From Pseudomonadota bacterium (GTDB taxonomy: Bacteria > Myxococcota_A > Polyangia > Palsa-1104 > JAEUJZ01), in assembly GCA_035328405.1 (NCBI GenBank), contig DAOLIT010000010.1, positions 3,529-67,528 of the forward strand: 64,000 nucleotides of DNA. Reading direction: 5' to 3'. The notes under the pieces were generated by a model, which saw only the letters and a program-made list of their open reading frames with translations, ran no database searches and was not told the origin of the DNA. The translations under genes and the position numbers were made by a program. Shown piece by piece: positions 58,774-64,000 of the stretch (the stretch's first letter is position 1; every line of letters begins with the position of its first letter).

Positions 58774-58830
58774 TGTGCGTCGCGCCGTTGAGATTATGGT
58801 CTGGTTTCGACGCAAGTGTCCGTTTCAAGG
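58774..58830. promoter_or_regulatory. ~57-nt palindrome-containing element, copy B (immediately 5' of the 58843 gene)
   Basis: ttgtgcgtcgcgccgttgagattatggtctggtttcgacgcaagtgtccgtttc; 2-3 mismatches to copy A; followed by RBS CAAGGAGA and ATG. Confidence 0.6.
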
Positions 58831-58842
58831 AGACCGCAGGCC

Positions 58843-59508
58843 ATGGGCAGTCCAAACATCGCGTATTTGCTCGGGGATACCCAAGCTGGGATTTCCACCT
58901 ACTTCGAGGCGGGAACGCTCCTGGCGCTAACCCAAGGCCCCGACCCCAAGCTGACGCAGTATCTCGCCACCGAGTTGGCTCAACTCCAAAGCACCTATCC
59001 AGCGGTCAAACGCGACTTGGCGCGTGTCGCGGCGGTGCTGCGCGTGTTTGGCCACGAACCTCCAAAAGAGCCGAAAATGCCGACCGACTTTCCGGTGTGG
59101 ACCCAAGCTGTCAGCAAGCAAGTCCACGCCGCGCTCGAAGAAGATCAGCCCGCATTTGCGCACTACTTGCTCGGATATGTACTCGGGGACGCTACTGCGA
59201 CGCTGCGCGTGCTTGTGTACGTTTCGGCGCTGCTCGGCTTTGTCCCGCAGGACAAACGGCTGCGCGACATCGAACAAAACGTGCTGGAAGCCCTGGAACG
59301 CGGCAGTGAGAAGCTCTCGCACCTGGCCCTCCATCCGGCGTTTTCCGGCGGAATGAAGCAGGTCCTGTCCCAGATGGTTCCGTGTGTGAATGGCCCCGCG
59401 CTTTGGGCGAGACAATCCGACTCGCCAGCAACAAAAACCGTCGCCAACACCCTTTCTGATTTTTTGCGGTTGCGAAAGCAGCTCGACGACGAACGCGAAA
59501 AGGCCTAG
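58843..59508 (+). CDS. hypothetical protein
   Basis: RBS AAGGAGA 8 nt upstream of ATG (MGSPNIAYLLGD). 221 aa, helical, no recognised motif. Confidence 0.5.
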   Translation: MGSPNIAYLLGDTQAGISTYFEAGTLLALTQGPDPKLTQYLATELAQLQSTYPAVKRDLARVAAVLRVFGHEPPKEPKMPTDFPVWTQAVSKQVHAALEEDQPAFAHYLLGYVLGDATATLRVLVYVSALLGFVPQDKRLRDIEQNVLEALERGSEKLSHLALHPAFSGGMKQVLSQMVPCVNGPALWARQSDSPATKTVANTLSDFLRLRKQLDDEREKA

Positions 59509-59549
59509 GTGTTGCGCGCGGACTGGCAAACCTTGCGTCGGTTTTTGCG

Positions 59550-60503
59550 GTGCGTGAAAAACAGCGCGCAGGCCAAAAACGCGGGCCGGGGTGGACGCAC
59601 GGCAGCCTTGGCCCCGCCTTTGCGGGATATAGTCCGAAGGTGAGCCTTGCACCGACCGATTTGGTTTTGCCCGAGTTTGAAGGGCCGCTCGATTTGCTGT
59701 TGCACTTGGTGCGCAAACACGAGCTCGACTTGTTCAACATTCCGATCTCGTTTGTGACCGCGCGCTATTTGGAAATGCTCGAGCAGATGCGGTCGCTCAA
59801 CGTGGACCTTGCGGGCGAGTACTTGCTCATGGCCGCGACGCTCGCGTACCTGAAATCGCGTGAACTTTTGCCCGCAGAGGCCCGCCCCGAAGAGCCCCCA
59901 AAAGACGACGCGGACGACGGAGAAGACCCTCGGCAGGCGCTCATCAAGCGGCTGCTTGAATACCAGCGATACAAAGAGGCTGCGCAGTCTCTTTTGAATC
60001 GACCTCTGTTTGGCAAAAACGTGTTTGCCCGAGGCCAAAACCCGGCGGTGTTGCCCGAACCGGCCCAAGACGCGCCGCTTGCGGAAGTGCCGGTGTGGGA
60101 GCTCATCACGGCACTCGCCGGGCTTTTGAAAAGCACGCGACGCAAGCTCTCGCACGAAGTCACGGTCGAACGGCTGTCGCTGTCCGATCGCATCCACGAG
60201 CTGTGCGACCTTTTGGAAAAACAGCCCGAATACACGTTTTTCGATGTGATTTCGACGCTCGCAAAACGCAGCGACAGCGTCGATGGCTTCGGATACCAGA
60301 TTGTTCTCACCTTCATGGCGGTGCTCGAGCTTTCGCGGCTGAAACTTCTGCTTCTTGTGCAGATCGAAGACCGTTCCGCGCTATTGATTCGGCGTGTCGA
60401 AGGTGCCATCTTGCCGCGCCACGCACAGAAACTTCAGGGCGAACTGCCGCTGGCCGTGCCCGACGAGGCAGACCCGCCCGCTGTTTCTTTTGCGAACACC
60501 TAA
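59550..60503 (+). CDS. scpA: segregation and condensation protein A
   Basis: 'LPEFEGPLDLLLHLVRKHELDLFNIPISFVTARYLE' kleisin N-terminus. Start uncertain (ATG 59550 or GTG 59640). Confidence 0.85.
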   Translation: MREKQRAGQKRGPGWTHGSLGPAFAGYSPKVSLAPTDLVLPEFEGPLDLLLHLVRKHELDLFNIPISFVTARYLEMLEQMRSLNVDLAGEYLLMAATLAYLKSRELLPAEARPEEPPKDDADDGEDPRQALIKRLLEYQRYKEAAQSLLNRPLFGKNVFARGQNPAVLPEPAQDAPLAEVPVWELITALAGLLKSTRRKLSHEVTVERLSLSDRIHELCDLLEKQPEYTFFDVISTLAKRSDSVDGFGYQIVLTFMAVLELSRLKLLLLVQIEDRSALLIRRVEGAILPRHAQKLQGELPLAVPDEADPPAVSFANT

Positions 60504-60506
60504 ACC

Positions 60507-61571
60507 ATGAACCGACCGACCCAGCAGCCTCGTGCAGAAACTTCGCCGTCAGACGATGCCGTGCCGGTTCACGACGAGCCTCCCGAACACGCCGCGCCGG
60601 CCCTTTGGTCCGGTTTTTCTGACGATGAGCCGGAAACGCTGTTCGCGCTGTCTTCGGAGCGGCTGCAATCGGTGCTCGAAAGCTTGCTGTTTGCGTCGGA
60701 CAAGCCGCTTCCCACCGAACAGATCCACGATCTATTGGAAGAAACGGCAAAAGGTCCCGTCGAGAAAAGTGGGCCGCCGCTCTACACCCGGCAGACGATC
60801 GATGACGCATTGGGTGCGCTCGCCGTCGCGCTGGAAAAGCAAGGCCGAGGCATCGGTCTTTTGCAGGTCGCGGGTGGTTGGCAGCTTCGCACCGCTGTAC
60901 AAAACGCGCCGTTTGTGCAACGGCTGCTCAAACAAAAACCCGTGCGACTGTCGCGTGCGCAGCTTGAAACGCTGTCCATCGTCGCGTATCGCCAGCCGGT
61001 GACGCGACCCGAAATCGACGACATCCGAGGCGTGGATTCCGGCGCGGCGCTGCGGACGCTTCTGGACCGCAATTTGGTTCGCATTTTGGGCAAAAAAGAG
61101 GAACCGGGTCGGCCACTTCTGTGGGGCACGACGCGGGATTTTTTGGAATTTTTCCACTTAAAAGATCTGAAGGAATTGCCGACGCTGCGCGAGTATCAAG
61201 ACTTGTCCGACGAAGGCCGCGAGGCCGTACAAGCCGCTGGGTTCGAGCTGCCGACGCTGATTTCCCCGAAAACCGCCCATGCGGAATCGCCCGAGGTCGG
61301 CGAATCCGCCTCGACACCGAGCGACGAACGCGCTGGGGCCAAAGACACTTTTTCGGGTCTTTTGGAAAAACAGCTTGCCGACGATGCGGACAATTTGGCG
61401 CGCATCGACGAAATGATCCGCACCGTGCAGACCGCGTTTCCGCTGCTCGACCCGAACGCACACACCTTGACCCCTTCCCCGAAAAAACCTGAGCCGACCG
61501 AAAACGACGACGACGGCATGACCCACGACTTGGGCGCGACCCACGCGCACCACGCAGGAACACCCACATGA
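60507..61571 (+). CDS. scpB: segregation and condensation protein B with C-terminal extension
   Basis: Two winged-helix repeats: '[21 protein letters not shown]' and '[41 protein letters not shown]'. Confidence 0.85.
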   Translation: MNRPTQQPRAETSPSDDAVPVHDEPPEHAAPALWSGFSDDEPETLFALSSERLQSVLESLLFASDKPLPTEQIHDLLEETAKGPVEKSGPPLYTRQTIDDALGALAVALEKQGRGIGLLQVAGGWQLRTAVQNAPFVQRLLKQKPVRLSRAQLETLSIVAYRQPVTRPEIDDIRGVDSGAALRTLLDRNLVRILGKKEEPGRPLLWGTTRDFLEFFHLKDLKELPTLREYQDLSDEGREAVQAAGFELPTLISPKTAHAESPEVGESASTPSDERAGAKDTFSGLLEKQLADDADNLARIDEMIRTVQTAFPLLDPNAHTLTPSPKKPEPTENDDDGMTHDLGATHAHHAGTPT

Positions 61572-62626
61572 ACCAGATCCGTTTGCAACTTTTTTTGGCC
61601 AAAGCAGGCATCGCGTCGCGCAGACACGCTGAGGCGCTCATCGTGCGCGGTCGCATCTCGGTGAACGGACATGTGGTCACGCAGCTTGGCACGCGCGTGG
61701 ACCCTGCGACCGATCGCATTTGGGTGGACGGAAAACTCGTCGAGCCCGAGCCGCTTGCGTATTACCTTTTGCACAAACCAAAAGGCTACGTCACAACCGC
61801 AGCGGACCCCGACGGCAGGCCCACGGTGTTCGATTTGCTCAAAAACGTGCCGGTGCGCGTGTTTCCCGTCGGACGGCTCGATTTCAACACCGAAGGCGTG
61901 TTGCTCTTGACAAATGACGGAGAACTCGCCCACGCCCTCATGCACCCAAGCCGGGGTGTGGAAAAGGTCTATCACGCCAAATTCCGCGAGGAACTCACGC
62001 AAAACATGCTCTCGCGCCTTCGTCAGGGCGTCGAGCTTCCGCCTCCGCGCATTTTGGGAAAAGACGGCGTGCCGTTGGCACAGCCTGCGCCGCTCGGGCC
62101 TCCCGAACGAAGTGCGCCCGCCGAAGTTCGGGTGCTGAAATTTACGTCCCGACACACCTGGGCCGAAATTCGGCTGCACGAGGGCAAAAACCGCCAAATT
62201 CACCGCATGGCCGAGGCGGTTGGCTCGTCGGTGCTGAAACTTACGCGGGTGCAATACGCCGGTCTTTCTGCGGAAGGTGTCGAGATGGGCGAATCTCGGC
62301 CTTTGTCGGCTGCCGAGGTGAAAAACCTGCGGCTTTTGTGTGGTTTGGCCCCTGCGCCAGGCCGACCCCTCGTGCCGCCGACGCAAAAAAAGCAAAAGAC
62401 ACCGAGTACACACAAACCGCCCGCGCGTCGCGCCGAAGCCGAACCTCCCTACGCAAAACCTGATTTTCCCCGCGCAAAACCCGATTTTCCCCGCGCAAAA
62501 CCCGATTTTCCCCGCGCAAAACCTGCTGGGCATGCCAGCACGAGGGCACCGGAACAATCGCCGCAGCCGGCCTCCCGGGGTTCGTCGAATCGGTTTCGTC
62601 CCCACGAAACGCCCCGCGTTCGCTGA
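61568..62626 (+). CDS. rluB: rRNA pseudouridine synthase (RluB/RsuA family) with repeat-containing C-terminal tail
   Basis: S4 domain '[31 protein letters not shown]'; catalytic '[21 protein letters not shown]'. Tail (KPDFPRA)x3. Confidence 0.88.
   Translation: MNQIRLQLFLAKAGIASRRHAEALIVRGRISVNGHVVTQLGTRVDPATDRIWVDGKLVEPEPLAYYLLHKPKGYVTTAADPDGRPTVFDLLKNVPVRVFPVGRLDFNTEGVLLLTNDGELAHALMHPSRGVEKVYHAKFREELTQNMLSRLRQGVELPPPRILGKDGVPLAQPAPLGPPERSAPAEVRVLKFTSRHTWAEIRLHEGKNRQIHRMAEAVGSSVLKLTRVQYAGLSAEGVEMGESRPLSAAEVKNLRLLCGLAPAPGRPLVPPTQKKQKTPSTHKPPARRAEAEPPYAKPDFPRAKPDFPRAKPDFPRAKPAGHASTRAPEQSPQPASRGSSNRFRPHETPRVR
62455..62525 (+). repeat. 21-bp in-frame tandem repeat x3.5 (gcaaaacccgattttccccgc)
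   Basis: Direct read within the rluB 3' region. Confidence 0.9.
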
Positions 62627-62732
62627 CCGCAAACTCCGCAGCCACTTTTTTGAGTGAAACCAAGCGGACTTGTAGGCAGCCTCAGTTGGTTGTCGCGGAC
62701 GTGTGGTACCGTCGCGCGTGAGGTTTTGGGGG

Positions 62733-63476
62733 ATGCGCAAACAGACGCTTTCTAGAAGCTTGGTTTTTGTCTTTGTTTGTCTGCTGGGATCGCTTTTGCC
62801 CGGTTGCGATCTCATGAAAATGGTTCGGGACACGTCGCGCGGTATCCAGGAAACCAACCAGCACCTGCGCGAAACCAGCGGTTTGATTCGGCAATCGGGG
62901 CAGCTCATCGGCCAAGCGTCCGAGTCGATGACCAAAATGCAGCCCAGTTTGGACAACGTCGCGCAGCTTGATGGCTCGATGCGACAACTCGCCGAAATGA
63001 AGGGCTCGATGGATCGGCTGGCGGCGATGCAGCGCGATTTTGAAGCGATGGCGCACAGCATGCGCGACTTGGCCGCGATGCGTCCCGCGATGGAGCAAAT
63101 GGCCACGCTCGGGCCGCAAATGCAGGCGGTTGCGAGCCTCAAAACACCGATGGGCGAAGTCGCGGGTCTTCGGCCCACCTTGCAAGCCGTGGCGGACCTG
63201 AAACAGCCCATGGACAACCTGACGGGCCTGGCAGAGCCGATGAACCGTGTCTCGAGGCTGGAAGCGCCACTGGAAAAAACCGCCGCGCTCGTCGGGCCGA
63301 TGAACGCGGTCGCCTCGCAGATGAATACGCTGGAAAACCTGCAAACCAAAAACCTGCTGCTGTGGAGCGTGCTCGGCCTCAGTCTTTGGGTGCTGGCAAC
63401 CGCGCTGGGTGCGGGCCTGGGCATTTACGTCGGCAATCGTCTCTCGAATCGAAAACGCGGCGAACCGGTCGCGTAA
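62733..63476 (+). CDS. Met-rich repeat lipoprotein with C-terminal TM helix
   Basis: Lipobox LLPGC. ~11-residue periodic repeats rich in Met (MRQLAEMKGSMDRLAAMQRDFEAMAHSMRDLAAMRPAMEQMATLGPQMQ...). C-terminal TM LLWSVLGLSLWVLATALGAGLGIYV. Confidence 0.6.
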   Translation: MRKQTLSRSLVFVFVCLLGSLLPGCDLMKMVRDTSRGIQETNQHLRETSGLIRQSGQLIGQASESMTKMQPSLDNVAQLDGSMRQLAEMKGSMDRLAAMQRDFEAMAHSMRDLAAMRPAMEQMATLGPQMQAVASLKTPMGEVAGLRPTLQAVADLKQPMDNLTGLAEPMNRVSRLEAPLEKTAALVGPMNAVASQMNTLENLQTKNLLLWSVLGLSLWVLATALGAGLGIYVGNRLSNRKRGEPVA

Positions 63477-63523
63477 ACCTCCACCCGCTTTTCCGACGAG
63501 CATTCCGTCGTTCTTGCGCAACC

Positions 63524-64000
63524 ATGCCCATTTTCGGAGAACATGGAGGACACACCGAGCACAAAGGTGCGGAAGTGGAGGACGATGTGAGCGAAGCGAA
63601 ATTTGAGCGTTTGGAAGAGGTGGTCCAAAAACTCCGGCAGGCGCGGCAACACCCAGCGCCGATTCGACGCTGCGGAGGCGACAATGAACCATTGCCTTCG
63701 CGAGAACGGCTCGTTTCCGTCGTGGCGTCTCTTCGGGCGGCACTGTTCCCAGCGCATTTTGGGCCACCCGATTTGTCGTTGGACGCCGTCGATCATTTCG
63801 TCGGATATTCCCTCGACCGCGCGCTCTACACGTTGCGCGAGCAAATTCGTCGGGGTCTGGCGTTCGCCGGGACCTGCTGCGGAGAGGAAGCCCGCGTTCG
63901 AGCCGACGACATCACGATGAAATTTGCCGCCCAGCTTCCGGCTCTGTGCGCGCTGCTCGACAGCGATGTGGCCGCCGCGTTTGCCGGAGACCCGGCCGCG
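63524..64000 (+). CDS. cysE: serine O-acetyltransferase, 5' portion (3' truncated by window edge)
   Basis: Manual translation from ATG 63524: ...ADDITMKFAAQLPALCALLDSDVAAAFAGDPAA, the conserved SAT N-terminal helical region. Not in the ORF track because no stop occurs in the window. Confidence 0.7.
   Translation, partial: MPIFGEHGGHTEHKGAEVEDDVSEAKFERLEEVVQKLRQARQHPAPIRRCGGDNEPLPSRERLVSVVASLRAALFPAHFGPPDLSLDAVDHFVGYSLDRALYTLREQIRRGLAFAGTCCGEEARVRADDITMKFAAQLPALCALLDSDVAAAFAGDPAA

Overview
This is a high-GC (~65%) bacterial chromosomal segment that looks myxobacterial / deltaproteobacterial. The supporting signs are eukaryotic-like Ser/Thr kinases, an OmpA protein with thrombospondin-type-3 repeats, and a DUF11 surface protein with a MYXO-CTERM-like tail.

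Recognisable housekeeping and accessory genes:
- An HME-RND efflux operon (OMP-MFP-RND, 1320-7122).
- groES-groEL with a perfect CIRCE operator; grpE-dnaJ.
- folB, murC, rsmI, scpA-scpB, rluB and a 5' partial cysE.
- One tRNA-Leu(TAA).
- An alpha-amylase, a class-III aminotransferase, a CN-hydrolase, an enoyl-CoA hydratase, a TonB-dependent receptor and an M15 peptidase.

The most interesting region is ~49.2-58.8 kb on the minus strand. A 1400-aa protein there has 5-6 N-terminal annexin repeats, a Gly/Ala-rich hydrophobic segment, a K/E/D-rich linker and a ~400-aa C-terminal domain, and it is followed by a small gene (immunity-like). Upstream of it sit an orphan cassette sharing a ~570-bp nucleotide-identical homology block but carrying a different C-terminal domain plus its own small downstream gene, and a third degenerate cassette whose remnant is an adenosine-deaminase-fold fragment followed by a pentapeptide-repeat protein. 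This is the architecture of a polymorphic-toxin / immunity locus with displaced C-terminal modules. With an annexin-repeat delivery region, I cannot match it to a family I know. Two copies of a ~57-nt palindromic element and a 21-bp tandem array bracket the cassette region.

Other notable items:
- A solo OLD-family (ABC-ATPase + TOPRIM) nuclease next to a 21-bp x ~15 tandem array with 147-bp higher-order structure.
- A ~1.6-kb low-GC (~44%) island encoding a GT-C-like membrane glycosyltransferase, translationally coupled to a pseudokinase.
- A STAND-type kinase-ATPase convergent with an AAA-like ATPase.
- Several low-complexity repeat-containing secreted proteins and lipoproteins.
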